From Candidatus Marinacidobacterales bacterium (lineage in GTDB: Bacteria > Acidobacteriota > Vicinamibacteria > Marinacidobacterales > SMYC01): DNA of 64,000 nucleotides. Within the stretch, counting starts at the first letter, position 1. Each line of letters opens with the position of its first letter. The notes under the pieces are model-generated. The model ran no database searches. It was given only the letters and a program-made list of their open reading frames with translations, and was not told where the DNA came from. The position numbers were made by a program, and so were the translations under genes. Below, piece after piece: positions 23,671 through 35,364 of the stretch. The stretch is from assembly GCA_965237955.1 (NCBI GenBank), contig OZ250169.1, positions 128,001 to 192,000 on the forward strand. The letters are read 5' to 3'.

Positions 23671-24617
23671 TGAGTATCGAGCTGACCCCTTTCAACGACG
23701 CCCGTAAGCTTCTGATGAGCGTTGAGCTCAAACCCGTTCAGGGCACGCGCTTCCAGCCCACGGGATTTCCTGATCTCGGAGCCGCATCCTACCAGGCCGG
23801 TGACGCGCCGTGCCTGCTCGTAGAAAGCGCCCAATCGATGGCCAACCGCCTGGAAGCGGTGTGTTGGGACGAGACGACGCAGGACCTGCGAGAGCCGCTG
23901 ACAGGTCTAAGCTACATCCGTGTCGAACGGGATGGTACGTATCTGACGAGCTCGATTACCGAAGCCCACCGCATCAATAGCCCCTATATTCTCGAGAGCA
24001 AGGATCGGAGCTTTTTTGACCGGCTGAAGCATGCGGTGGCGCCGCTGAAGGAAGGGCCGATCGATCGCCACGTTCTTGCTGAGACACTTTTCGAGTTCGA
24101 CTGCAACAGTCTGCTTCATGGTGTATTCCTCGCGAAGAAGGAGCTGGCAGGTGGCCGTCTCCGCGTTGCCCGTTCGTTGTCAGCCTTCATCGAAGCTAGC
24201 GAGGCACAAGTCGCCGCGTCCGGCGGAGTCAAGAACGACACTGTCAATCCGAGCGGGGATACAGCCCGCGGCTTCGGCAATGTCCCTTTTCATCGCGAGG
24301 AATACACGGCTCAGACGATCACGGCCTACTTCAATCTTGACCTCGGTCAGATCCGTGGGTACGGACTTGGGTCGGAGTCGGAGCGGTTACTGATTCTGCT
24401 GGCTTTGTACAAAATCCGCGCTCTACTCGACGGTGACCTACGCTTGCGCACCGCCTGTGACTTCACGCTTGCAGACGGCGACGGCGCTATTGCCGCTGAC
24501 GCACCCGATGGGTTCGAGCTTCCACCTCTGGCCGAGTTGGAAACGTCTCTTCCGGCTGCGATCGCCGCGTGCAAGGACAAGATTGCCGGTGTCACGACTG
24601 TCCAGTTCAAGCAATAG
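23667..24617 (+). CDS. csb1: Type I-G Cas7/Csb1
   Basis: RFQPTGFPDLG, ESAQSMANRLE, EAHR, SGGVKND, GFGNVPF, LRLRTAC. Confidence 0.93.
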   Translation: MMSIELTPFNDARKLLMSVELKPVQGTRFQPTGFPDLGAASYQAGDAPCLLVESAQSMANRLEAVCWDETTQDLREPLTGLSYIRVERDGTYLTSSITEAHRINSPYILESKDRSFFDRLKHAVAPLKEGPIDRHVLAETLFEFDCNSLLHGVFLAKKELAGGRLRVARSLSAFIEASEAQVAASGGVKNDTVNPSGDTARGFGNVPFHREEYTAQTITAYFNLDLGQIRGYGLGSESERLLILLALYKIRALLDGDLRLRTACDFTLADGDGAIAADAPDGFELPPLAELETSLPAAIAACKDKIAGVTTVQFKQ

Positions 24618-24628
24618 GGTAACGTCAC

Positions 24629-26269
24629 ATGACGATGATCGCGCTACGATTTCCAGGAGGACGCTATCACGCGACCCCGTGGGGTCGGCATGTCAACGAA
24701 GGCGCCATCGAGTGGCCACCAAGCCCCTGGCGAGTGCTTCGCGCCCTGGTGGCGACGGGCTTCTCGAAGCTTGCTTGGCAAGCGGTGCCCGATGATGCGT
24801 GCTCCCTGATTACGCACCTCGCTACCGAGCCTCCGAGTTTTCGACTTCCTGCAGGCGAGGTCTCCCACACGCGCCATTACATGCCCGTGATCGAAGGACG
24901 GAAGCAGACCACGACCAAGGTCATCGATACCTTTGTGCGGTTAGACGCAGGTGAGGAGCTTCTCATCCATTTTCCTAGCGAGTTGCCGTCCGACGAGCTG
25001 GAACTTCTCGAGAGCCTAGTCTCAAGCCTCGGATACTTCGGCCGAGCCGAGAGCTGGGTTGAAGGACGCTTGGCTGACGACGTGATTCCCGATGCAACGT
25101 GGTGCGTCGCTCGCCAGAATGGCTCATCATCGTTGCCTGACCTAGGTGGCGGCGACGTAGCTCTCCTCGCTCCGGTTTCGGCATCGGAATATGACTCCTG
25201 GCGAAGCGCGGCGAGCGAACAAGCTAAGAGAGCGGCGTTCGCAAGCGTTCGGGCTGCCGCTGCGGCAAAGCACAAGCAGGCCACCAAGACGCAGCTTGCC
25301 CAGGCAGAAGCGAAAATCATGGCACTGTACCCAGACGACCTACTCGGCTGCCTGCTCCAGGAGACCGCCGACTTGCAGCAGCAAGGTTGGAGTCAGCCAC
25401 CCGGTTCTCAGCAGATCCTGTATCGCCGGCCGGCAGGAACACTCGAGCGCCGGCCGCGACATCAAGCCTTTCATCCACGCTCCAGGCCTTCCGTTCAGGC
25501 CGCGTTGCTGGCCCTCACTTCGGATACGAAACGCGGTGATGTCCTTCCATTGTTCACGCGCTGCCTGCCGCAGGCTGAGCTGCTTCACCAGTCGCTGGTC
25601 AGCCTGCTCGGCGACGAGGCCTCGATGTGCTCCGTCCTTTCCGGCCGAGATCCAACCGAGGGCGGCCGTCTAACTGGTCACCAACACGCTCACTATCTGC
25701 CTTTGGATCTGGACGAGGACGGTCGCCTCGACCACGTCATCGTTCACGCGCCCATGGGGCTTGACGAGCGTGCTCAAGCAGCGATCGGACGCTTGCGGCG
25801 AACCTGGACTAAGGGTGGCGACAAGGATATCTTCGTTGCATGCGTTGGAATGGCCGACCTGTCGCAAGTCGCCGCGCAGTTGCGCCGGCGTTCAGGCAGA
25901 TCCCTTTCGGAGTTGTCGACATCCCACCGCTGGAGCAGCATCACGCCCTTCGTTCCACCGCGACATCTCAAAAAGCGGAACCACAGTCTGGAAGATCAGA
26001 TTCGCGCAGAGCTCGAAAGCAGAAGTCTGCCACCGCCGCAGCTCATTGACACGTTCAGCAGGAAAGAGCTGATTGAGAAGAAGCTGTTGCGCTTTGTCCG
26101 TACGCGCCGCGGCGAGAAACCCCAGCCCCCCGCGCACCGAGCGTTCGGTATTCGGCTAGTCTTCGACGAATCCATTTCTGGGCCGATCACTCTCGGCTAC
26201 GCCAGCCACTACGGACTCGGCCTGTTCGCGGCCGAACACGGTGGCGCGGGTTCCAACCGCGTACGCTAA
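24629..26269 (+). CDS. csb2: Type I-G Cas5/Cas6 fusion Csb2
   Basis: GRYHATPWG...EWPPSPWR, YFGRAESW, HQHAHYLP, GPITLGYASHYGLGLF. Confidence 0.93.
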   Translation: MTMIALRFPGGRYHATPWGRHVNEGAIEWPPSPWRVLRALVATGFSKLAWQAVPDDACSLITHLATEPPSFRLPAGEVSHTRHYMPVIEGRKQTTTKVIDTFVRLDAGEELLIHFPSELPSDELELLESLVSSLGYFGRAESWVEGRLADDVIPDATWCVARQNGSSSLPDLGGGDVALLAPVSASEYDSWRSAASEQAKRAAFASVRAAAAAKHKQATKTQLAQAEAKIMALYPDDLLGCLLQETADLQQQGWSQPPGSQQILYRRPAGTLERRPRHQAFHPRSRPSVQAALLALTSDTKRGDVLPLFTRCLPQAELLHQSLVSLLGDEASMCSVLSGRDPTEGGRLTGHQHAHYLPLDLDEDGRLDHVIVHAPMGLDERAQAAIGRLRRTWTKGGDKDIFVACVGMADLSQVAAQLRRRSGRSLSELSTSHRWSSITPFVPPRHLKKRNHSLEDQIRAELESRSLPPPQLIDTFSRKELIEKKLLRFVRTRRGEKPQPPAHRAFGIRLVFDESISGPITLGYASHYGLGLFAAEHGGAGSNRVR

Positions 26270-26280
26270 ACGGGGCTATT

Positions 26281-28002
26281 GTGGATGACGGGTCACGCGC
26301 GGAAGATTTCCTCCCCGTGCGCATGCTCAACGAGTTCGCCTACTGTCCCCGGCTTTTTCACCTGATGCACGTGGAAGGCCGTTGGGCCGACAACGTCTAT
26401 ACCGTCGAGGGGAAACAAGCTCACCGGCGAGTGGACAAACTCGACCACGTCTTACCCGATCCAGAAGCCAGCCTCTCTAATCAGCCCGACGTTTCTTCTG
26501 TTACCGCTAGATTTGATGACGACGAACCACCCACCGTGACTCGTTCGGTACCGCTCTCCTCGGATCGTCTTCGTATCACAGCCAAGCTCGACTTGGTTTC
26601 CAGCGACGGGCGTGAGGCTGTGCCCGTCGAAACGAAGCGCGGGCGCGTGCCCAACAACGATCACCGTTCGTGGGAGCCGGAGCGCGTACAGCTGATGGCA
26701 CAGGGGCTGCTCTTGCGCGAACACGGCTACCAGTGCGACCACGGATTGCTCTATTTCTCAGGCTCCAGAACACGCGTCGACGTGCCGTTCACCACCGAGC
26801 TTGAAGCGCTGACGCTGTCGTTAATCGAGGAGGCGCGCCAGTCCGCATATCGAGAGAAACTGCCTCCCCCTCTCGAAGATAGTCCTAAGTGCATTGGATG
26901 TTCCCTCAATGGAATCTGCCTGCCGGATGAGACGCTCGCACTTCAGCAAGTCCCTGCGGATCCCATAGCACCGGCCGTACGCCGACTGTATCCGGCCCGC
27001 GATGACGCCGTTCCACTGTATGTACAGGAGCAGGGAGCGAAGGTCGGAAAAACCGCAGAGAACTTGATCATCCGCAAGGGCAAGGACAACCTGGCCTCCG
27101 CCCGCCTCAAAGACGTGAGCCAGCTCGTATTGTGCGGGAACGTAGGCGTCAGCGCCCAAACCATTCATCTTCTCTCTGAAGCGGGCGTTCCTATCGTTCA
27201 CCTATCTTCGGGGCACTGGTTCCATGCAATCACATATGGTATCGGGCTTCGCAATGCCTATGATCGCGCTGCGCAATTTGCGGCTGCGGCCCAACCGAAC
27301 AGGTGTCTGAGCTTCGCAAAAGCGGTCGTTGCCGCGAAAGGGTCGAATCAACGCACGATGCTGAGACGTAACGGAACCGTCACCGATCGTACGCTTCGTG
27401 AAATGCAGGAATTGATCAAGAGCACGGCTCGGGTTCAGAGTGTGGAACAATTGCTTGGTCTCGAAGGCAGCCTCGCAGCACACTATTTTCGGCACTTCGA
27501 TGGCATGCTCCGACCACGGGACTTCGATGCGGTGTGGGACTTCGCGAGCCGAAATCGGCGCCCGCCGAAGGACCCCGTCAATGCGCTGCTTTCCTTTGGC
27601 TACGCCCTACTGACCAAGGAGTGCACGGTGGCCCTCTTGGCTGAAGGTTTGGACCCGTGGTGGGGCTTCTATCACCGACCTCGACATGGACGCCCAGCCC
27701 TCGCATTGGATTTGATGGAGCCACTGCGCCCTTTGATCGCGGACTCCGCCGTCGTGAGTGCCGTGAACACCGGAATGTTAAAGGCCAAGGATTTCACGAC
27801 GAGCAGGGCCGGATGCATGCTCAATCCAATCGCGCGCAAGGCCATGATCCAAGCCTATGAATCCCGGCTCGACCAGGTGGTTACTCATCCGGTGTTCGGC
27901 TATCGCTGCTCGTGGCGGAGCATGATTCGAGTTCACGCCCGATTGCTGGCACGTTGGTTGCGGGGAGACGTGCCCAGCTATCAAAGCATCGTCACCCGCT
28001 GA
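26281..28002 (+). CDS. cas1: Cas4-Cas1 fusion
   Basis: YCPR, KLD..PVETKRG, C..CSL..IC Cas4 Fe-S motif; LGLEG, RRPPKDPVNALLS, LALDLME Cas1 motifs. Confidence 0.96.
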   Translation: MDDGSRAEDFLPVRMLNEFAYCPRLFHLMHVEGRWADNVYTVEGKQAHRRVDKLDHVLPDPEASLSNQPDVSSVTARFDDDEPPTVTRSVPLSSDRLRITAKLDLVSSDGREAVPVETKRGRVPNNDHRSWEPERVQLMAQGLLLREHGYQCDHGLLYFSGSRTRVDVPFTTELEALTLSLIEEARQSAYREKLPPPLEDSPKCIGCSLNGICLPDETLALQQVPADPIAPAVRRLYPARDDAVPLYVQEQGAKVGKTAENLIIRKGKDNLASARLKDVSQLVLCGNVGVSAQTIHLLSEAGVPIVHLSSGHWFHAITYGIGLRNAYDRAAQFAAAAQPNRCLSFAKAVVAAKGSNQRTMLRRNGTVTDRTLREMQELIKSTARVQSVEQLLGLEGSLAAHYFRHFDGMLRPRDFDAVWDFASRNRRPPKDPVNALLSFGYALLTKECTVALLAEGLDPWWGFYHRPRHGRPALALDLMEPLRPLIADSAVVSAVNTGMLKAKDFTTSRAGCMLNPIARKAMIQAYESRLDQVVTHPVFGYRCSWRSMIRVHARLLARWLRGDVPSYQSIVTR

Positions 28003-28295
28003 TGACGAGCCGAAAACGGTACTTGGTCGCTTACGACGTCGCAGATGATAAGCGGCGCAACCAGGTCTTCAGAACGTTGTCTGGCTATGGGGACCGCGCA
28101 CAATACAGCGTCTTTTTCTGCGAGGTGAATCCCCGCGAGCTGGCGGAGCTCCGCGGCAAGCTTCACCGGACCATCCATGATAGTGAGGATCAGGTCATGA
28201 TACTGAAGCTGGGTGCGGCCACACAACCGCTAGAAACAGATCTCCAATGTCTTGGAAAACCCTATCGACCGGCAACAACGGTATTCGTTGTATGA
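28002..28295 (+). CDS. cas2: Cas2
   Basis: YLVAYDVADDKR...YGDRAQYSVF; TGATG overlap with cas1. Confidence 0.95.
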   Translation: MTSRKRYLVAYDVADDKRRNQVFRTLSGYGDRAQYSVFFCEVNPRELAELRGKLHRTIHDSEDQVMILKLGAATQPLETDLQCLGKPYRPATTVFVV

Positions 28296-28465
28296 TTCGA
28301 GCGGCGGAGTGGTGCCCGAGTGCCCGCCGCCGCTCGTGCTCTTTGACAACTAGAGGTTTAAGCCATGACGACGCGGCCCACGAGCCAGTGCGAGCGCGTG
28401 CATACAACGACCTCTCGATAACAAGCGAAAAAGCCTTTATTTCGCAAAGAGTTGTCGAGCGGTCT
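28296..28465 (+). promoter_or_regulatory. CRISPR leader
   Basis: 170-bp non-coding interval between cas2 and the first repeat. Confidence 0.7.
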
Positions 28466-31400
28466 GTTTCCGCGTTCATGAGAACGCGGCCCCATTGAAG
28501 CGCTTCCCTCATCTCCAGTTCGAGGACCGCCTGCTGGGTTTCCGCGTTCATGAGAACGCGGCCCCATTGAAGCGATATCCAGGACAAGATCACGGCGAAG
28601 CTCGCCAAGGTTTCCGCGTTCATGAGAACGCGGCCCCATTGAAGCAGGCTCTCCCCAAGATCGCCGTCGGTGATAACGACAACAGGTTTCCGCGTTCATG
28701 AGAACGCGGCCCCATTGAAGCAACGCGCCGGCCTTGATGCGCGTTGGGATCCAGGTGTCGTTTCCGCGTTCATGAGAACGCGGCCCCATTGAAGCCAGAA
28801 GTAGTGCTCGCGCACCCAGCCATCAATCCCTGTTTCCGCGTTCATGAGAACGCGGCCCCATTGAAGCGCATGTGGCGGCGTATCCACACTCGGCGCACCA
28901 GTGTTTCCGCGTTCATGAGAACGCGGCCCCATTGAAGCTCGAGCCATTCTCCGGCGCTCCTCGAGAGGAGGTCAGTTTCCGCGTTCATGAGAACGCGGCC
29001 CCATTGAAGCATCGACGAAATCAGCACGGCGCCACCGGCAGTCCAGGCGTTTCCGCGTTCATGAGAACGCGGCCCCATTGAAGCTGGTCAAACCGGCCGG
29101 ATCTGATTCGGCAGCATATCGTTTCCGCGTTCATGAGAACGCGGCCCCATTGAAGCGCCGACGCCGACTACCTGGACGGGCGGCGGTGGTACGGTTTCCG
29201 CGTTCATGAGAACGCGGCCCCATTGAAGCTCGTCCGTCAAATGCCAAGCCTTGGCCTCTCCGTCGTTTCCGCGTTCATGAGAACGCGGCCCCATTGAAGC
29301 ACGGCACGTCCGTTGACATAGTTGACGGAGAGGATGGTTTCCGCGTTCATGAGAACGCGGCCCCATTGAAGCCAGTTCGCCGACATGCTGGTGCGCGAGG
29401 GCGCTGCGCCGTTTCCGCGTTCATGAGAACGCGGCCCCATTGAAGCATGTCCAGCGTGCCACGCAGAGTAAACGATGCTCCAGGTTTCCGCGTTCATGAG
29501 AACGCGGCCCCATTGAAGCAGTTCCCCTTCGAACTCGAGCAGGTCGTCGCTTGAGGTTTCCGCGTTCATGAGAACGCGGCCCCATTGAAGCCTCCTGGCC
29601 GACTGGAAAACGGGGTTCTGGCCCCCGGTTTCCGCGTTCATGAGAACGCGGCCCCATTGAAGCTTGTTATTTCCTTCCCTCGGCGAGTCGTGGCTCCCGT
29701 TTCCGCGTTCATGAGAACGCGGCCCCATTGAAGCCCAGTCATTCTGCGAATCGACGTGCCAGCAGAGTTGCGTTTCCGCGTTCATGAGAACGCGGCCCCA
29801 TTGAAGCCGAAACGTCATCGCTTGCCGGACATACCCAGCATCACGTTTCCGCGTTCATGAGAACGCGGCCCCATTGAAGCACGGTCGCGTCCCAATCGCG
29901 TAGGCGCTCTCGCTTTGTTTCCGCGTTCATGAGAACGCGGCCCCATTGAAGCCGCATGCCGTCGATCTCTGCCGACATCTGTTCCGTCGTTTCCGCGTTC
30001 ATGAGAACGCGGCCCCATTGAAGCAGGGCGAGCTAGTGCGCGTCACCCACGACTATATCTCGAGTTTCCGCGTTCATGAGAACGCGGCCCCATTGAAGCC
30101 GGACGAGGTGCTTCGCCCGGGCGTTGACAAGCGGGTTTCCGCGTTCATGAGAACGCGGCCCCATTGAAGCCCGGTGGCGTTCGCGCCCCGAAGGACGTTA
30201 ACCCCGTTTCCGCGTTCATGAGAACGCGGCCCCATTGAAGCAAGCGGCATCCCTTTTGGGACGTCTATGCCGATGTTTGGTTTCCGCGTTCATGAGAACG
30301 CGGCCCCATTGAAGCACCTTCATCTAGGTCGAGTTGCCGCCACTCGCAATAGCGTTTCCGCGTTCATGAGAACGCGGCCCCATTGAAGCGTTTCAGCAAA
30401 GCCGGTCGGCGTAGAATTAAAGAGTTTCCGCGTTCATGAGAACGCGGCCCCATTGAAGCCTTCTGCCCCCCGCGGAAGTCATCATGGACAAATTGGTTTC
30501 CGCGTTCATGAGAACGCGGCCCCATTGAAGCTCTCATGTCGGAGATGCGCTCGTGGACGATTGCCCCCGTTTCCGCGTTCATGAGAACGCGGCCCCATTG
30601 AAGCCCGTTTACCGCCATCCGCCGCATCTCCTTCTTGCTCAGTTTCCGCGTTCATGAGAACGCGGCCCCATTGAAGCGGCCCGAGCAATCTGTGCTGGGG
30701 TGAGCTAGGTGGGCGGGTTTCCGCGTTCATGAGAACGCGGCCCCATTGAAGCAGCCAGTATTCGGCCAAGGGCGTTCGGCAACTGCGCCGTTTCCGCGTT
30801 CATGAGAACGCGGCCCCATTGAAGCAATCCGAAGGATGAGCAAGCCAAACAGACGCGCGAAGATGTTTCCGCGTTCATGAGAACGCGGCCCCATTGAAGC
30901 TCGTCATCGGACAGCTCTCTGGTGTCCGGGGCCGCTAGTTTCCGCGTTCATGAGAACGCGGCCCCATTGAAGCGTGTCGCCAAACCACTCCTTCTGTAGC
31001 TCCAACGACAGGTTTCCGCGTTCATGAGAACGCGGCCCCATTGAAGCTTTCCCGCCCGGTCTCGTCGGGGCGGCCGCACCACCCACGTTTCCGCGTTCAT
31101 GAGAACGCGGCCCCATTGAAGCGAGCTGGGGGTCAATCAGCCGCGCAAGCGGCCCCGTGTCGGCCAGGTTTCCGCGTTCATGAGAACGCGGCCCCATTGA
31201 AGCGAGCGGAGGGAAGCTGGATACCATCCTCTACGACGCCGTTTCCGCGTTCATGAGAACGCGGCCCCATTGAAGCCCTTGCCCCCCGTTATACGCGGCA
31301 AGGGCCATTGCCCGTTTCCGCGTTCATGAGAACGCGGCCCCATTGAAGCATGAACGCGGCCACCTTCGCCCTCGCGATTGGGATTCGCGTTTCCGCGTTC

Positions 31401-33541
31401 ATGAGAACGCGGCCCCATTGAAGCGTGCTCGCGGCCGTCTTGGCAATCACGTCGGCGGCGTTTCCGCGTTCATGAGAACGCGGCCCCATTGAAGCGAGAA
31501 AATGGCCGGCCGCATCGTTTGAACGTTCGAGTTTCCGCGTTCATGAGAACGCGGCCCCATTGAAGCCTGACGGATGAGAGTGCCTTGGGTGACCCTCTCA
31601 AGTAGTTTCCGCGTTCATGAGAACGCGGCCCCATTGAAGCATATCGACACCGGACCGACCACGACCACCGAGGTTATGTTTCCGCGTTCATGAGAACGCG
31701 GCCCCATTGAAGCGGGAGCTGCGGGGGCTTCGGGTACTTCGGATTCCGGGTTTCCGCGTTCATGAGAACGCGGCCCCATTGAAGCGAGCACTTGGCCTGG
31801 TGTGAGTTCAATCTCGGCGGTCGTTTCCGCGTTCATGAGAACGCGGCCCCATTGAAGCTTTTCACCAACGTCGCCCTCTCTGAGCATCCTTCGGAGTTTC
31901 CGCGTTCATGAGAACGCGGCCCCATTGAAGCATTACGACGCCTCAAGCCCGATGCTCCGAGAGTTTCGTGTTTCCGCGTTCATGAGAACGCGGCCCCATT
32001 GAAGCGGTTTCACACGACACTCGCGCGCTTGGAGTCCGGTGAGTTTCCGCGTTCATGAGAACGCGGCCCCATTGAAGCCTTCCCTGTGACGCTATCCCAG
32101 GAGTCCGCCACAGAGGTTTCCGCGTTCATGAGAACGCGGCCCCATTGAAGCTAGTCCCACATCGCTGTACGCGGCCATCTGAGAGCCGTTTCCGCGTTCA
32201 TGAGAACGCGGCCCCATTGAAGCACGCCCGAGTGGGACGCCTGCGCGCCTACGGGAACGCCATGTTTCCGCGTTCATGAGAACGCGGCCCCATTGAAGCG
32301 TGCCGGCGCATTGCCATGTCGATCGCGTCGTTCACGTTTCCGCGTTCATGAGAACGCGGCCCCATTGAAGCGGGTTTGGAAGCAAACCTAGTCACCGAAC
32401 CCACTCAGTTTCCGCGTTCATGAGAACGCGGCCCCATTGAAGCACGCCCGCCTCTCGGAGGATCCGGCCGATGGCAGCCGTTTCCGCGTTCATGAGAACG
32501 CGGCCCCATTGAAGCGCCCTCCAATCGCCCCAGGTCGCGCGCCCGACTTCCGTTTCCGCGTTCATGAGAACGCGGCCCCATTGAAGCCGTGTCCGTCCAT
32601 GTCTCAACCACCTCGAAGAACTGTTTCCGCGTTCATGAGAACGCGGCCCCATTGAAGCCTGGTGTTCACCTTCACAGCCATGCCATGCTGATTTGTTTCC
32701 GCGTTCATGAGAACGCGGCCCCATTGAAGCACTTTTGCCTTAAGGCGTGGCGTCATCTGACTTCTCCGTTTCCGCGTTCATGAGAACGCGGCCCCATTGA
32801 AGCCCAGGCTGGCCTCGTTGGTCCCCGAAACCTGGATGCGTTTCCGCGTTCATGAGAACGCGGCCCCATTGAAGCAAGCTTTTTGAATTGCATCCTATCG
32901 GATTCGCAACTCGTTTCCGCGTTCATGAGAACGCGGCCCCATTGAAGCGACCCAGCTGCCAATGCAGCACACGACGCGCTGTCGGGTTTCCGCGTTCATG
33001 AGAACGCGGCCCCATTGAAGCAAGTCCCTCCTGGGAGCGCGCGGTTCCCAGTAGCTCAAGTTTCCGCGTTCATGAGAACGCGGCCCCATTGAAGCTAGAA
33101 CAGGTTCCCGCCCACCACGGCGCCGCCGAAAGTCACGTTTCCGCGTTCATGAGAACGCGGCCCCATTGAAGCTTGTCGCGCCACTCCCGGTACGTCTCGA
33201 CGTAGGCGAGTTTCCGCGTTCATGAGAACGCGGCCCCATTGAAGCTTGGGGTCCACCTTCCACTTGCCGCCGGGCGTCGGGGTGGTTTCCGCGTTCATGA
33301 GAACGCGGCCCCATTGAAGCGATCTCTTCCCTGCGCATCGATTCGAGATGGCTTCGGGTTTCCGCGTTCATGAGAACGCGGCCCCATTGAAGCTGGGTGT
33401 AGGCGAAACGCTCCTGGATACGGCAAAGTGGGTTTCCGCGTTCATGAGAACGCGGCCCCATTGAAGCAACGTCACGGCTGCGTTGTTGGCCCACGCGACC
33501 TTGGCGTTTCCGCGTTCATGAGAACGCGGCCCCATTGAAGC
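28466..33541 (+). CRISPR. CRISPR array: 70 copies of the 36-bp repeat GTTTCCGCGTTCATGAGAACGCGGCCCCATTGAAGC with 69 complete spacers (about 34-45 bp)
   Basis: Counted by eye; mean period about 73 bp; hairpin CCGCGTTC-ATGA-GAACGCGG; ATTGAAGC 3' handle typical of I-G. Confidence 0.98.
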
Positions 33542-33930
33542 AAGATATTATTAGCCAACACCGAACCCACTGACCCCGTCCTGTGCCAAAACTCGGCCCT
33601 CTTGAAATAGCCGATAAATCAACAGCTTAGCGTCTGTGTTTTGCGACTGGGCCAAGGGCTGGAGGCTCTACAATCGTCTGGACCGAGGGTGTTATCTTCA
33701 GATCCATGATGACGTACCACGTGCGATTCTTACTGCTCGTTCTGGCTGGCTGGGTCAACCGCCAGCAGCAGGATGTGATCGACTACCTGCGAGAGGAAAA
33801 CCGTGTGCTCCGTGCCGGGCTTCGGGGCAAGCGTCTCAGGCTCTCTGACGACAACCGACGCAGGCTCACCGTCAAGGCCCAGGCTTTGGGCCGGGAGGCG
33901 CTGGCCCAGATTGCGTCGGTTGCCACACCC

Positions 33931-34026
33931 TCCGATTCGGGCGGCGACCTGACGGACTGAATACTGCGTATTCTTCTCTCGTTTAGCCTCCCTCAGCTTT
34001 CGAACGTGAGTTCCGAAGTTGGTCAT
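33931..34026 (-). pseudogene. XRE-family HTH regulator N-terminal fragment
   Basis: MTNFGTHVRKLREAKREKNTQYSVRQVAARIG, then fused to IS sequence. Confidence 0.55.
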
Positions 34027-34031
34027 ACGTT

Positions 34032-34094
34032 GGTGCTTCCGCCATTAAGTGTTGGTGAGATGACGCTAAGATTTTACAGTGCATTAAATTACAG
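34032..34094 (+). repeat. Tn3-family-like terminal inverted repeat (other copies near 57576 and 63289)
   Basis: GGTGCTTCCGCCATTAAGTGTTGGTGAGATGACGCTAAG, about 39 bp ending ACGCTAAG like Tn21/Tn501 IRs. Confidence 0.6.
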
Positions 34095-34194
34095 CCAAAA
34101 TAGCGCTTACGACCTTCGCCGCACGCTAAATGGAGCGCAAGCGCCTCTTTTGCAACGGGATGCGTACATATTACCAACAGTAAACAGCGCAAGC

Positions 34195-34376
34195 ACCGCC
34201 GAATGCCCGCCATGGGTCCGGCACTGGCGTTCGTACGCAAGAACGCGGCGCATGAAAACGCGAGAGAGCGAGCGTGGGGGAGCAGCCCCGAAGGCCTGCT
34301 CCCAGACCCGCCGTAAGCTGGCGAAGTCCAAACCGTCCAAACCGACGTTCCGGCCAACCCCTGTATCCTGCGGCAT
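34195..34376 (-). pseudogene. DUF2924-like fragment
   Basis: LDFASLRRVWEQAFGAAPPRSLSRVFMRRVLAYERQ...GG; this family normally precedes large serine recombinases. Confidence 0.6.
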
Positions 34377-34698
34377 CACCGAACGTTCGCTCTTGTGCTC
34401 GATAAAGTCCAGTCTAATGAGGGACTTCCGGGTGCGAAGCTCACTGCCCGTAGCTCGCCCCACAGCCGATTTGAGCCAGCCGTACGCACCCCCGGTGGGC
34501 CTGTCGCTCGCCACCCGCAGCCCAGGGGTCGGAAGCCAGCCCTGCGGCGCGAAATACCCTCGATTCTGCACGGATTCCAAGGGCGTCTAAGCTGCTGATT
34601 TGTGGTCTATTTCAAAAGGGCCGAGTTTTGGCACAGGACGGGGTCAGGGTGAAGAGGTCACGGTGGCGCATCCCGACATGTTCAACAACGTGTACTCT

Positions 34699-35364
34699 CT
34701 ACCTTGTAAAGATCGTAAAAGCCGCCCAAGGTGGCGAAGCTTGGAAGTCGGCCTCTCGCACCGCGACAAAGAACTCCGGTAGCTCCGGGAACGACTGGAC
34801 ACCTATTCCCTTGTTCCTGATGGCTAGCTGCTCTGGAATCGGTGCAACGGAGCCTCGCAGTTCGAGGGCTACGACCGCTTCACCTGTAGCCGTGAATTGC
34901 TGTGCATCGATAAACAGAAGGCCAAAGTCCGTTTGCCCAACACGCTGAGTCTGCCCCGCGTATACCCTATTCGTAGACCAGAGTGAGGGAATTCGGGCGG
35001 GTTCCAGACACTCCGCCGCTGGTTTCCATCCGATGTTGCGTAGGTTGTTGTCAAAAAGATCAGCAGATGGTTGAGCAACTGAAGTAGTTGCTAGGCGAGT
35101 GTCTCCTCTGGAGACCACAATATCGAGGGAAATTGGTCCCGTTCTGTCAAACGCTAGTGCTCCAACCGGCGACACTGCAACCTGGATGTCTTCGCCGGAC
35201 CAAGCTTCAATAAGTTGGATAGTGCCGTAGATCCCTACCAAAAAGACAGCCATGATCGCCGCCACGAGCGCCACTCGTTGATGGATTTTACGAAAGATGA
35301 CCGCGATTAGCACCATCCCAACAAACCCAGACGGCAAACCAAGATCCGTAAGTTGTTCAATCAT
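34699..35364 (-). CDS. Hypothetical membrane protein
   Basis: 221 aa, two N-terminal hydrophobic helices followed by a beta-rich region. Confidence 0.6.
   Translation of the reverse strand: MIEQLTDLGLPSGFVGMVLIAVIFRKIHQRVALVAAIMAVFLVGIYGTIQLIEAWSGEDIQVAVSPVGALAFDRTGPISLDIVVSRGDTRLATTSVAQPSADLFDNNLRNIGWKPAAECLEPARIPSLWSTNRVYAGQTQRVGQTDFGLLFIDAQQFTATGEAVVALELRGSVAPIPEQLAIRNKGIGVQSFPELPEFFVAVREADFQASPPWAAFTIFTR

Larger units (their letters stand above)
33576..34641. mobile_element. rve-IS derivative: left end, 5' transposase fragment, foreign fragments, right end
   Basis: Terminal repeats at 33576 and 34641; MTYHVRFLLL...SVATP matches the N-terminus of 40901..41968. Confidence 0.8.

Noticed and set aside
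32731-32767. Possible self-targeting of spacer 59 to about 42148 (GTGGCGTCATCT)
   Set aside because: Only 12 nt match; no full spacer match within the window was noticed by eye
28195-33494. Many ORFs with repeated MGPRSHERGN / LQWGRVLMNAET peptides
   Set aside because: Translations of CRISPR repeats, not genes
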